From positions 132,744,001 through 132,808,000 of the forward strand of contig CM059432.1 in assembly GCA_030390025.1 (NCBI GenBank): a stretch of DNA of 64,000 nt. Direction: 5' to 3'. Shown one piece after another: positions 25,284 through 37,999 of the stretch. A model generated the notes under the pieces. It ran no database searches. It was not told where the DNA came from and saw nothing but the letters and a program-made list of their open reading frames with translations. The stretch is from Squalus acanthias. Taxonomy: Eukaryota. The position numbers and the translations under genes were made by a program. Each line of letters begins with the position of its first letter. The stretch's first letter is position 1.

Positions 25284-25590
25284 CCAGGACGAGAATTTTG
25301 AAATCGAGCCTGCTGCATTGTTGTGCCACCATTGGCGGCCGTGCCTTCTGTTGCCTGGGCCCTAAGCTCTGGAATTCCCTCCCTAAACCTCTCCGCCTCG
25401 CTACCTCTCTCTCCTCCTTTAAGACGCTCCTTAAAACCTACCTCTTTGACCAAGCTTTTGGTCACCTGTCCTAATTTCTCCTTATGTGGCTCGGTGTCAA
25501 ATTTTTTTTGTTGTCTTTTAATACTGCTGTGAATTGCCTTGGGATGTTTTACTACGTTAAAGGCGCTATATAAATACAAGTTGTTGTTGG
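25284..25590 (+). mobile_element. L2 3' end with a short inverted 5' piece
   Basis: ...KLWNSLPKPLRL...FKTLLKTYLFDQAF; (gtt)n tail; 25284-25310 is antisense L2. Confidence 0.85.
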
Positions 25591-26249
25591 GCTATCCAAT
25601 CACCTGGGGTCCATGTCACAAGTTAACCATCCCGTGTATCCTGATCCAACTGTGTACACCTTTTGTTTCATTACTGATTAAGTACATCCAAAGCTAAAAC
25701 CAATGTGGCTTTATTAAAAAAATGAAATGATTGTCACTGTCGTTGCCTCAATTATTTTGACAGATTAGGAAGGTTTGAATCCAGCCAGATGCAACTGGAT
25801 TGCCGAGGCTCCAAATAGAAATGCTGCAGAGTGATTACAACATTATGTACAGCAGATGCAATCTGAAGTGATTATAACCTCCAGCACTTGGAGTAGGTTC
25901 AAAATCCAGCAATTACTCTTGCTGCTTATTTATATATGCTTCACATATTTCATGATAAGCTCATTATCCATTGAGGAACTGTTATGGGACAATGTTCCTT
26001 TAAGAGTTTGTGCTTGCAAAATACATGGCCTCCATTTTAACTCCCCTCGCCTGACGGAAACATGGCTGGGGTGGGGGGGTGGTGGCAGTTAAAATATAGT
26101 GGGGGTACTTACCCACTCCTGTCTCGCCCTGCTCTGATTGACTGACTGCAATTTTAAATTGCAGGCAGCAAGGACGCCCGTCCCAAGCTGGCGGGGTCCT
26201 CTTTAAATATGAAGGTCTCTGATAATCGGGGCCCAATCTATTATTTTAT

Positions 26250-26415
26250 CCCTCATCTGAAAGACGGCGCCATCTGACAGTGCAGCACTCCCTCAGTACT
26301 GGCCCTGATGTGTCAGCCTGGATTTTGTGCTCAAGTCTCATGGGTTGGGACTTGAACCCACAACCTTCTGACTCTAGAGGTGAGAGTGCTACCCACTGAG
26401 CCACCACTAACACCT
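26250..26415 (-). mobile_element. SacSINE1-like 5' part (tRNA-derived head)
   Basis: Minus strand tggctcagtgggtagc (A box) and gggttcaagtccc (B box). Confidence 0.85.
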
Positions 26416-26896
26416 AATTCAATGCAAATCAACCATAAACCTCTTATGGGTTTTCAGACTTTTTTTTGCGGTTTACTTAATTTGTACTCGAGTAGAAACT
26501 CAGTGCGTGGGGGAGGGAGAGGTGGGTGGTGGTGATGGGCGGCACGGGGCACTGTGTCTGTTTTCATTGGCTCTGATTCAGATGATACTTCCACAGGCCA
26601 AGAAAAGTAAGAATTTCACTCCCAATATTTTGCTTCAGAAAAACAGACGATTTACGACCCATTTCAGAACCACGATTCTTGATTAAATTCTTTCAAACAA
26701 AAGTTTTTCAAGACAATTATATTGTCACCGACTATTTAGGCTGTATCTCCAAGAGCTTAACCTTGGACAGGCAACTTGTCAAAATAAGCAGAGGTTGCTT
26801 AACTTCCCATGGCTCATGCCGGCTGTAAACCCATGCTCCTTTACCTTACACTGTGTGCCAATTATGCCATAAGATACAATGAGCAGGGCCTAAATT

Positions 26897-27485
26897 AACA
26901 ACAACAACAACAACTTGTATTTATATAGCGCCTTTAATGTAGTAAAACGTCCCAAGGCGCTTCACAGGAGTATTATAAGACAAAAAATTTGACACCGAGC
27001 CACATAAGGAGAAATTAGGGCAGGTGACCAAAAGCTTGGTCAAAGAGGTAGGTTTTAAGGAGTGTCTTAAAGGAGGAAAGAGAGGCGGAGAGGTTTAGGC
27101 GGGGAATTCCAGAGCTTAGGCAACAAAAGGTATGGCCACCAATGGTTGAGCGATTATAATCAGGGATGCTCAAGAGGGCAGAATTAGAGGAGCGCAGATA
27201 TCTCTGGGGGTTGTGGGGCTGAAGAAGATTACAGAGATAGGGCGGGGCGAGGCCATGGAGGGATTTGAAAACAAGGATGAGAATTTTGAAATCGAGGCGT
27301 TGCTTAACCGGGAGCCAATGTAGGTCAGCGAGCACAGAGGTGATGGGTGAACGGGACTTGGTGCGGGTTAGGACACGGGCAGCAGAGTTTTGGATGACCT
27401 CAAGTTTACGTAGAGTAGAATGTGGGAGGCCAGCCAGGAGTGCGTCGGAATAGTCAAGTCTAGAGGTAACGAAGGCATGGATGAA
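26897..27485 (-). mobile_element. L2 LINE 3' portion
   Basis: LADLHWLPVKQRLDFKIL...LKTYLF; (caa)n tail. Confidence 0.92.
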
Positions 27486-27764
27486 GTAAAGCCAGTTATT
27501 TTTCTCAGTGACTACACTTTGTAAACCCAGCAGTTTAAAGTATCAGATTTCTTACATTTCCAAAATGTACCTTCCACCCAACCTCATTATAATATTGAAA
27601 TAGGAGACCCGCCTACATAGTGCCATCTTTCTGTCATGTCGTTGTCTTTCAATGTCAATCTAGGTTACCTATATCTTGTTTCCCCTCCAGGCTTCTTGAT
27701 GAGGTAGCCTAGTGTCACTAAATGACTATTTTTCATTAAACTGATGATTAATTTAATTTATTTC

Positions 27765-27906
27765 TGTACTTGCTTAAAAGTTGATCATCTCTAACATCTT
27801 CCAGATCTGTCGAAAGATCATCGACCTGAAACATTAACTCTGTTTCTCTCTCCATGGATGCTGCCTGACCTGCTGAGTGTTTTCCAGTATTTTCTGATTT
27901 TATTTC
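27765..27906 (+). mobile_element. Penelope-like 3' repeat, family P1 (decayed hammerhead)
   Basis: Homologous to 40790-40915. Confidence 0.8.
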
Positions 27907-28240
27907 ATTTATTTCTGTGCCCATCTGTTTGGATCTCATTGTTCTAGAATGATCTTTGACATCTAGAAACGAGTCCTTCTTATCGTTGTCATAACTCTAG
28001 TCTATTAAGCCAAACCTAACTGGCACTAATGCTTGGAACAATGATATAGAATCCCTTTGTCAAATGGGAATGGTAAGATTTAATTTTCCCTACGTGCTTT
28101 GCACTAGTGAAAATGAAAATATTTTCCGTGAGGGATGTTTTCCAAACTCAGTGACGCAGGTTTATGACTGAAGGTGATACACTGGGGGGGAAATTTAACC
28201 AAAGGAAAATGGATGGGTTGGGGTCGTGTGGGAAGTTAAA

Positions 28241-28963
28241 GGGGGAAAAATTGAGTCGCGCCCCCTTTGGGGCGCCAACTTTGCCGGGGCGCTATTTTTA
28301 GCACTTCGAAATAATTAGCGCTCCCGCGGCCGAAATTCATCGGTAGCGCCCCAAGAGGGAAGCGGGGCGCTACTAGAAGCACCCAGCCTCCCTCTTGGGG
28401 CGCTGTGAGGGAATATCGTGGCACTACGTGCTGCGGTACTGCAGGCTTTCCTCCCCTTCTTAAAGGGGAGGGGCCTTGCACAGCGCGACCCGGGGCCCAG
28501 CTGGGCCACCAGGGATCGGAGTGCCGGCAAAAGAGCCCAGCACTCAAGAGAAGTGCCAGGTTCACGGAGCGCAGCTGGCACTCCGCGGGGGGGCTGAAGA
28601 GGAGGCCGGGAACGGCAATGGGGGCAGGTGCTGGCAGGTGGCCAGCAACAAAAATGGCCGCCCGGCACCTCGCCTATAAATAGCGCTGCCCTGGCTACAG
28701 GTAGGCCCCCCTGACCCCGTCGGATATAGCGTCCGGAGGTATGTCAGGGGGCGCTACCGAAGATCGTGGCCGGGGCGCTGCGCACGGCGATGATGTCATC
28801 GCCGGTGGCGCAGTACCGGGGGGCGCTAACAGTTACCGCCGCCGCTAACCTCCCGCTGAATTTTGCGTTGGCGGTGCCGCGCCCGGGCGCTAGTTGCTTT
28901 GCGCCCCATTAGCGCCCTCTTAGGGCGCTAACGGGAGGCGCAAAGCAACCGAATTTTACCCCC
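28241..28963. mobile_element. Non-autonomous Harbinger element, family A2
   Basis: TIR gggggaaaaatt / aattttaccccc; TSD AAA; right end shared with family A; inverted relative of 61963-62751. Confidence 0.88.
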
Positions 28964-29394
28964 AAAGTGTTAAAAGTCTGAATCCCGACCAGAATCCGCC
29001 TCCAACCTGCCCACTTCTGGTTTTTACAGAGGTGGGACGGGTACAGGGGGTGGCAGGCAGCCAACCCACCCGCTCCCAGGAGGCAGGTTTCCCATTTCAA
29101 TATTATAATGAGGCTGGTATGCCTCAGATTTAATCTCCATTTTAAATTTAACACCGGCTGGTCGGGTTTTGTAGGCCTTGTGAAACCCGGCAGCTAAAGT
29201 AAGGCGAGAACTGCTGAGTCCAGGAGATAAGTGCCTTTACACTTACCTCCCACACACCCCGCATTCGGAGACCCCCACCCAAAGAGGCCTCCGATTACCC
29301 CACCCTCGGCCAGGCCTCCGATTTATCCCCCCACCCCCAGGCTTCCAATACCCCCCACAAGGCCTCCCCTCCTCCAATGCTGCTTCAGCCCCTG

Positions 29395-29510
29395 TGCTGC
29401 TCCTGGTCCCCTCGTGCTGTTGCTCCTGGTCCCCTTGTGCTGCTGCTCCTGGTCCCCTCGTGCTGCTGCTCCTGGTCCCCTCGTGCTGCTGCTCCTGGCT
29501 CCCCGTGCTT
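29395..29510. repeat. Minisatellite, about 23-26 bp unit (tgctgctcctggtcccctcg)
   Basis: About five consecutive imperfect copies. Confidence 0.85.
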
Positions 29511-29730
29511 CTCCCGGCCCTCTAATGCTCACCCGCCCACCCCCCCCGCATCCACTCCTCCAGCCCTCCGATGCTCACCCAGCCCCACGCTTGCTCCTCG
29601 GGCCCTCCAATCAGCCGCTCTCGCCCCCGATTGTTTCTGACCCCCCACCCTGCTTCTCCGGCCCTCCATTCATTCCCGATGGTGCCTGTCAGGTCTCTGA
29701 TGGCCCATAGGCTGCTGCTGGATTCTACTA

Positions 29731-29810
29731 TTATAAAAACAGAAAATGCTGGAAACACTCAGCAGGTTAGGCAGCATCTGTGGAGAGAAACAGAGATAAG
29801 GTTTCAGGTC
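29731..29810 (-). mobile_element. Penelope-like P1 fragment
   Basis: Matches 31993-32063; breaks off inside hammerhead stem II where the satellite begins. Confidence 0.8.
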
Positions 29811-31790
29811 TCTCCTCTCCCCCGCCGATCTCCTCTCCTCTCCCCACTCCGATCTCCTCTCCTCTCCCCACTCCGATCTCCTCTCCTCTCTGATCTCCTC
29901 TCTTCTCCGATCTTCTCTCCTTTCCGATCTCCTCTCCTCTCCGATCTCCTCTCCTCTCTGATCTCCTCTCCTCTCCGATCTTCTCTCCTCTCCGATCTCC
30001 TCCCCTCTCCCCACTCCGATCTCCTCTCCTCTCCCCACTCCGATCTTCTCTCCTCTACGATCTCCTCTCCTCCCCACTCTGATCTCCTCTCCTCTCCCCA
30101 CTCCGATCTTCTCTCCTCTCTGATCTCCTCTCCTCTCCCCACTCCGATCTCCTCTCCTCTGATCTCCTCCCCTCTCCCCACTCGATCTTTTCTCCTCTCC
30201 CCACTCCGATCTTCTCTGCTCTCCCCACTCCAATCTTCTCTCTTCTCTCCTCTCCGATCTCCTCCCCTCTCCAATCTCCTCCCCTCTCCCCACTCCGATC
30301 TTCACTCCTATGCGATCTCCTCCCCTCTCTCCACTCCGATCTCCTCTCCTCTCCGATCTCCTCTCCTCTCCCCACTCCAATCTCCTCTCCTCTTCTCTCC
30401 GATCTTCTCTCCTCCCCCCACTCCGATCTCCTCTCCTCTCCTCTCCGATCTCCTCTCCTCTCCCCACTCCGATCTCCTCTCCTCTCCCCACTCCGATCTC
30501 CTCTCCTCTCCCCACTCCGATCTCCTCTCCTCTCCCCACTCCGATCTCCTCTCCTCTCCCCACTCCGATCTCCTCTCCTCTCCGATTCTCCTCTCTCTCC
30601 CCACTCCCGATCTCCTCTCCTCTCCCCACTCCGATCTTCTCTCCTCTCCCACTCCGATCTTCTCTCCTCCCCCACTCAGATCTCCTCTCCTCTCCTCTCG
30701 ATCTCCTCTCCTCTCCCCACTCCGATCTCTCTCTCTCCCCACTCCGATCTCTCTCCTCTCCCCACTCCGATCTCCTCTCCTCTCCCCACTCCGATCTCCT
30801 CTCCTCTCCTCTCCCCACTCGATCTCCTCTCTCTCTCCGATCTCCTCTCCCTCTCCCCACTCCGATCTCCTCTCCTCTCCCCACTCCGATCTTCTCTCTC
30901 TCCCCACTCGATCTTCTCTCTTCTCCCACTCCGATCTTCACTCCTCTCCCCACTCCGATCTCCTCTCCTCTCCCCACTCCGATTCCTTCCTCTCCCCACT
31001 CCGATCTCCTCTCCTCTCCGATCTCCTCTCCTCTCACACTCCGATCTCCTTCCTCTCCCACTCCGATCTTCTCTCTCTCCCCACTCCGATCTCCTCTCCT
31101 CTCCCCACTCCGATCTCCTCTCCTCTCCCCACTCCGATCTCCTCTCCTCTCCCCACTCCGATCTCCTCTCCTCTCCCCACTCCGATCTCCTCTCCTCTCC
31201 CCACTCCGATCTTCTCTCCTCTCCCCACTCCAATCTTCTCTCCTCTCCCCACTCCGATCTCCTCTCCTCTCCCCACTCTGATCTTCACTCCTCTCCCCAC
31301 TCCGATCTTCACTCCTCTCCCCACTCCGATCTTCACTCCTCTCCCCACTCCGATCTTCTCTCCTCTCCGATCTCCTCTCCTCTCCTCTCCGATGTCCTCT
31401 CCTCTCTCCACTCCAATCTTCTCTCCTCTCCGATCTCCTCTCCTCTCCCCACTCCGATCTTCTCTCCTCTCCCCACTCAATCTTCTCTCCTCTCTGATCT
31501 CCTCTCCTCTCCCCCACTCCGATCTTCTCTCCTCTTCCCACTCTGATCTTCTCTCCTCTCTGATCTCCTCTCCTCCCCCCACTCCGATCTCCTCTCCTCT
31601 CCCCACTCCGATCTCCTCTCCTCTCCCCACTCCGATCTCCTCTCCTCTCCCCACTCCGATCTCCTCTCCACTCCGATCTCCTCTCCTCCCCCCTCTCCGA
31701 TCTCCTCTCCTCCCCCCACTCCGATCTTCTCTCTTCTCCCCACTCCGATCTCCTCTCCTCTCCGATATCCTCTCCCCACTCTGATCCCCA
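29810..31790. repeat. Polypyrimidine satellite, 24-bp consensus ccactccgatctcctctcctctcc
   Basis: Clean 24-nt period around 31081-31210; variants differ in number of ctcct units. Confidence 0.97.
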
Positions 31791-31992
31791 TTCAGATCTC
31801 CTGACCTTCTCCACAGGGAGGAAACATGATTGAGGCCGCAGGCGCACACATCCGATCGGGGCCGGACAGTGTTTAGGCCCCACCTCCATGTTCATGCAAA
31901 TAATCACGTCGATATCTTTAATACCTTGGCTCTCTAAACCTGCCTGTTATTTTTGATTCCTTCCTAGTTGTAGACATGCCAGGAGTGATGGG

Positions 31993-32487
31993 AAAATGCT
32001 GGAAACACTCAGCAGGTCAGGCAGCATCTGTGGAGAGAGAAACAAAAGTTCATGTTTCAGGTCGATGACTTTCATCAGAACTGGAAAAAGTTCGAGATTT
32101 AACAGTTTATATGCCAGTACAGAGGCAAGGAAAAGGGAGGGAGGAAAGAACAAAAGGGAAGGTCTGTGATAGGCTGGAGGGCAGAAGTGATTAAATGACA
32201 AAAGTGATGATGGTGCAAGGCAAAAGGGGGTGGTAAAGGGACAAGGAAAGAAACAAAAGCTGGCTCCAGAGGAGGTGTAAATGGTGATTAACAAGCCTGG
32301 AGGGTAAAACAGATCTAGATAACCTGAGATTGACAGTGCCAGCAGCTGCTGTCCAAGAAAATGGGAGCGGTGGTTATGATCTAATGTTGTTGAACTCAAT
32401 GTTGAGGCCGGAAGGCTGTAAAGTGCCGAATCGAAAGATGAGATGCCATTCCTCGAGCTTGCGTTGAGATTTATTGGAACAGTGGGA
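31993..32487 (-). mobile_element. Penelope-like element P1 3' end including the GIY-YIG domain C-terminus
   Basis: 32484-32374 minus encodes HCSNKSQRKLEEWHLIFRFGTLQPSGLNIEFNNIRS*; decayed hammerhead at 32047-32082. Confidence 0.88.
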
Positions 32488-33889
32488 ATAATGTCCATTC
32501 AAGCAGGTGCAGCAATACCACCTGATTCCATGGAGAATATCTGACAGCTGTGAATATGTTACAAACCGTATGGCAGAGCTGCTTGGGTGTCACAAATCTC
32601 CAAAAGGCAGGAGTTTATAAACATCATCTAAAGCCCACTCTCGGACAGTCATGTTTTAATGATGTATACCGTTTTGGGAATCACAACAGCGACTACACTT
32701 CATTGGCTGTGAAGCGCTTTGGGACGTCCAGTGGTCGTGAAAGGCGCTATAGAAATGCAAGCCTTTCTGTTCTTGTTTCTTTACTCTGTTGTAAGTCTCC
32801 CTCTTTGTTTCTTCTTGCTTTTCTTAAAAAAAATAACTTCCAATCTCGTAGCAATTCTTCCCAACTGCGGCAGCAGGCAAATTTTGCCCTGAAGCCTTCC
32901 ATTGTGTGGCGAGAAGGAGCTGACTACATAGCTGCCATGATCAATGACCAATAAAAACAATCCACTCCCTTTAATTGGTTTGTAACATTCCTGTCTGTAT
33001 TAGAAAGGAATTCCGCAGCGGTTCCATTTTATTCTGCAGCTGCACTCGAGGTAGCGCCCTTGGAATTTCCGTGTGACATGCCACGAAACCCGGGGTGGAA
33101 ATGGAATCTTCATTTAAACCTAGAGATACAACTAATGCTTTGCAGGTTTGCCTCTGGGTCAGTGGCTGATCTCGATAGAGGCCGGTATACGTTGAATTCC
33201 TTTGGGGGGTTGCACGCAATTATCTTTGTAATGAGAGAGGGTGCCAGAGCACTTGGGAGGTACCTGGATTCATTGTGGTTGAATTAAGGATGGGCAATAA
33301 ATGCTGGCCTTGCCAGCGACACCCACATCCCAGGAACGAATATATATATATAAAAAAATAATTGCTTGTGTCTGTGGCTCCACTTGTGTCTGCTCCTACT
33401 GTTTGAATTTGACCTGCCGAACAGGTCATTCAAAGTATTGCCATTCCAGTCTACTCAAGTTGGTCAGTTTGACATGGCTTTGTGGTGACATAGCCTGAAG
33501 GCCACCTGCGGTACAGCTGCATGTTCTTGGAAAAGTTTTTTTTTAAACACAAATCTGGCCGTTATTTGCAAGTCTTTCTAACAGTTCTTCAACAGCTGGT
33601 GAACATCTAAAGCTCGTGTTTGAACCTCGCAAAGATGGAAAAAAAAAACTTTTCGGGATACTTCAGATCCTGCCTCCCTAGGGGGTGATTTTTTTGGTCT
33701 CATTTTCGTCCCATTTGCATTCAAATGCAGGTGGGGGATGGGGTGCAGGGGGGGTGGGGGGCGGTTGTCAGTGGCTTGAAAATAAAGAGGCTGCTAGTCT
33801 TTTATATGCGTTCTGATTTTCAGGCGGACATGAATCCTGGTGGCCAGAGCTCCTGTCTAAAACAGGCCGGAGCCTTATGAATACAAAAA

Positions 33890-34375
33890 CAGCTTGCATT
33901 TGTATAGCGCCTGAGGAATGTTATCAGACAAAATTTGACACCCAGCTGCATAAGGAGATATTAGGACAGGTGAGGTAGAATCATAGAATCACAGAAAGTT
34001 ACAGCACGGAAGGAGGCCATTTCGGCCCATCGTGTCCGCGCCGGCCAACAGAGAGCTATCCAGCCTAATCCCACTTCCCAGCTCTAGGTCCGTAACCCTG
34101 CAGGTTACAGCATCCCAAGTGCACATCCAAGTACTTTTTAAATGTGGTTAGGGTTTCTGCCTCTACCACTCTTTCAGGCAGTGAGTTCCAGACCCCCACA
34201 ACCCTCTGGGTGAAGAAATTTCCCCTCAAATCCCCTCTAAACCTTCCCCCAATTACTTTAAATCTGTGCCCCCTGGTTTTCGACCCCTCTGGGGTTTTAA
34301 GGAGCGTCTTAAAGGAGGTAGGGAGAGGTTGAGGGAGGAAATTCCAGAGCTTAGGGCCTAGGCAGCTGAAGGCAA
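33890..34375 (-). mobile_element. L2 3' fragment interrupted by a CR1 3' end (33977-34290)
   Basis: L2 sequence stops near 33975 and resumes near 34292; insert has a tagaatcatagaatca tail. Confidence 0.8.
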
Positions 34376-35335
34376 ATAAGGTGAAGTGAGGTCAAGTAGA
34401 CCCTAGCGCCATTGTCCGCCATCATTGGCTGACTACTGCCAGTTCCCGCTCCGACCCACTTACCATGGACAGTCCAAATCCAGAGATGGCCATTTAGAGA
34501 AATATTTAAAGAGATCCTCAGCTGCTCTTGGGTGAAGCTTTATAAGCTGATGGAGACATTTTGCTTGCAGTAGTTGTGTTTTTTTTTATCACCTTAAAAG
34601 ATTTGAAAATGCTTGCATTTACTGCTGCAGCTTCTGAACTCATCTTACCTGCGACTCCACAGGCCCCGATAATAACGGGGAGGCGGGAAGGGAGCAGTAG
34701 CGTGGGGGGAGATTCTGGAAATACCTGTTTCCATGCGGTCCTGCCGAATTTAACTTTAAAATGGTTAAACGGGCGGGTTGGGGTCAGGGTCAGGGTCAGG
34801 GTCAGGGTTGCCATTTTTTTATTTTTAACCCTCCCCCCCCACACCAGCCGCCTCCTCCCTACCTGTCCTGGCTGGTGGGTGGGGTTAAAATTACCCCAAC
34901 AGTGTTGCCTCTCTCTCTGTGCCACAAGAAAAATGCACCTCCCCTTTAAGCTGCTGCGGACAACCCTTGAGAGGAAGTGGTACCGGCCTACAAATGGGCG
35001 GGCTGTCCGTGGGGAGTGCCTTTTGTGCAGGCAGCTTGCCTACTGCATGTTAATGAGGAGCGATCACAAAGAGCGCGTCGTTTCCATGCTGGATGGCTGC
35101 CACGCTCACCTTGCCGACCACCTGCCTGTTTACCGTTCACACACGAAGATCACGCCACCACCCCCGCCCCCCCCCCACCCCACTCCCGATGTCTTACTCA
35201 CGCATCTACACATGGATGTGCTCATGGTCAAAATAAGCATTTGTGTCTGTTAGATTACTTACAGAGTGAATATTGACACCACTGTGTCAGCCAATGAGTA
35301 GCCGATTATTTATTGGATTTGTTCTTACTGAATGC

Positions 35336-36298
35336 AACAACAACCTCTATTTATATAGCGCCTTTAATGTAGTAAAACGTCCCAAGATGATTCACAGGAG
35401 TGTTATAAGGCAAAAAATTTGACACCGAGTCACATAAGGAGAAATTAGGGCAGGTGACCAAAAGCTTGGTCAAAGAGGTAGGCTTTAAGAAGCGTCTTAA
35501 AGGAGGAAAGAGAGGTAGAGAGGCGGAGAGGTTTAGGCAGGGAATTCCAGAGCTTAGGGCCTAGGCAACAGAAGGCACGGCCACCAATGCTGGAGCGATT
35601 ATAATCAGGGATGCTCAAGAGGGCAGAATTAGAGGAGCGCAGGTATCTCGGGTGGCGGGGGCGGGGGGGGGTTGCGGTTGTGGGGCTGAAGGAGATTACA
35701 GAGATAGGGAGGGGCGAGACCATGGAGGGCTTTGAAAACAAGGATGAGAATTTTGAAATCAAGGCGTTGCTTAACTGAGAGCCAATGTAGGTCAGCGAGC
35801 ACAGGGGTGATGGGTGAACGGGACTTGGTGCGAGTTAGGACATGGGCAGCAGAGTTTTGAATGACCTCAAGTTTACGTAGAGTAGAATGTGGGAGGCCAG
35901 CCAGGAGTGCGCTGGAATAGTCAAGTCTAGAGGTAACAAAGGCATGGATGAGGGTTTCAGCAGCGGATGAGGTGAGACAAGGGCGGAGACAGGCGATGTT
36001 ATGGAGGTGGAAATAGGCAGTCTTAGTTATGCCGCGGATATGTGGTTGGAAGCTCATTTCAGGGTCAAATATGACACCAAGGTTGCGAACAGTGTGATTC
36101 AGCCTCAGACAGATGTTAGGGAGAGGGATGGAGTCAGTGTCTAGGGAACGGAGTTTGTGGCAGGGACCGAAAACAATGGCTTCAGTCTTCACAATATTTA
36201 AATGTGGAAAATTTCTGCTCATCCAGAACTGGATGTCGGATAAGCAATCTGACAATTTAGAGACCGTGGAGGGGTCGAGAGAAGCGGTGGTGAGGCAG
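35336..36298 (-). mobile_element. L2 LINE 3' portion
   Basis: ORF 35629-36255 (VRNLGVIFD, LIHAFVTSRLDY, LHWL); (caa)n tail. Confidence 0.93.
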
Positions 36299-36784
36299 GG
36301 TTAAGATCATTTTCTGCTTGCTGTTTCTGAAAATTGCATGGAATACACATCAGTCTGGGTAATTTTCACATCACAGCGCAAGCCATGAATGCCTGGAGTG
36401 AATATTTACACCATTGTGTCAACCAATGAGTTGGGGGTGGGGCGGCACTTGCGTTTTGAACTTACAAAGTCTCCTGGGTACCTGCCTAACAGGTCATTCA
36501 AAGTATTGCCTCTCCAGTCTATTCAGGTTGGTCAGCGAGACACTTTGGTCAGATACAGAGAGGCTGAGAAACTATCTTTAAAACTTTACCGTAAATAGCA
36601 GGAGTGCCTGTCTGGGCAAATTGACAACCTATGAGTGACTGTTAACCTCATGAGAGGCACAGTTGCCTCATGCTCTTTGTTTCAGCATAGCTTCAAAGGA
36701 TATTGAGTAAGATATCTCTATCTGACTTTATTCTAGTTGAGAGTTAGTCTGAAGCCAGCAGTGAGACTGAGTGAGATCAATGGC

Positions 36785-37187
36785 AATGAGAGGTGATCTC
36801 CTTGAAACATACAAAATTCTGAAGGGGATGGTCAGGGTAGATGCTGAGAGGTTGTTTCCCCTGGCTGGAGTGTCTAGAACTAGGGGGCATAGTCTCAGGA
36901 GAAGGGGTAGGCCATTTAAGACCAAGATGGGGAGGAATTTCTTCACTCAGAGGGTGGTGAATCTTTGGAATGCTCTGTCCCAGAGGGCTGTGAATGCTGA
37001 GTCTTTGAGTATGTTCAAGGCTGAGATAGATTGATTTTTGGACTCTAGGGGAATCAAGGGATATGGAAATGGGGCGGGTAAGTGGAGTTGAGGTCTATGA
37101 TCGGCCATGATCTTATTGAATGGCGGAGCAGGCTCGAGGGGCCGTATGGCCGACTCCTGCTCCTATTTCGTAAGTTCTTATGTTCTT
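36785..37187 (+). mobile_element. CR1 3' end
   Basis: MRGDLLETYKIL...RNFFTQRVVNLWNAL; tail ttcttatgttct. Confidence 0.9.
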
Positions 37188-37264
37188 TGGTAGCGTTTTT
37201 CCATGTCGGAACATTTTTCAAGGATTAATTTTATGTTACTGGGTAGCTTGTTTGTTGTTTTAAT

Positions 37265-37999
37265 GGGCCAGAAATTCGTCTCTCCGGCTTCCCGCGGGTG
37301 CAAGCATCGCACGCGTACTTACATACCGCGCCTGCCGTTGTGCTTCGGGCCCGCGTGGAATTCAGCTCCTGGGCCTCCTGCAGCTGCCGGCGCGCAGTGC
37401 TTGCGTATCCCAGGGGCGCAGTTAGTTCGAAGCGTCCCCTGGGATCACATGGGCCATGGAGAGCCAATCCTAGCAGGGAATCTTCATTCATAGATTTTGA
37501 CAGGATGACCTGTCAAATCTATGAATAGAGATCGGCCCCAAAACCTCACTAAAACTTCAAATAAATTAAAAAAAAAAATCACATTTTTAAAATAACTATA
37601 AATTACATAAATTAGCTACTTTAAACAAAATTAAAATTTTTGAAAAAATTAATTACACTTTTTAACGGTGCTAAAAATAAACTTATCTTTCTTTAAAGTA
37701 TGTAAAAAAGATAAACCTGCTGAAAAAATGTTTAAATTGTACTTAATTCACCACTTACCTTGTTGAAAGCAGGCCTTGCGCCTCCTTTTTCCCTGCGCAG
37801 CTTCTCCGTACTTACCCTCACGGAGAAACCTGAAAAAAAAAACGAAGTTCGCTGCGTGCACGCTGCCTCTCCGGCGCACGCATTCGACCTCTGAACCCCT
37901 TCCTTCAGGGGAACGGAAGAACGGAAACCGGCACTTTCGTTGGGTCTACGGGTGAGTACCCAGCGCGTACTCACCCGTGGAGACTCGAATTTCTGGCCC
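37265..37999. mobile_element. Non-autonomous Harbinger element, family B
   Basis: Perfect 14-bp TIR gggccagaaattcg / cgaatttctggccc; TSD AAT; AT-rich core; inverted relative of 43474-44717. Confidence 0.92.

Larger units (their letters stand above)
28184..31910. mobile_element. Older GC-rich non-autonomous DNA element hosting a nested element and the satellite
   Basis: Starts gggggggaaatttaacc; continues after 28966; C-rich interior; right end not identified. Confidence 0.45.

Noticed and set aside
27803..27839. Hammerhead in P1 copy (also 32047-32082)
   Set aside because: Core or stem III/cleavage nucleotides are mutated (CTGTCGA; GAAACATT, GAAACATG); treated as decayed, not functional.
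29571..31907. 737- and 745-aa ORFs and other overlapping long ORFs
   Set aside because: Artefacts of a 24-bp stop-free satellite (PTPISSPL / SEWGEERR repeats in every frame).
35280..35286. V(D)J recombination signal heptamer CACTGTG
   Set aside because: No nonamer at 12- or 23-nt spacing and no V/J coding segment nearby.
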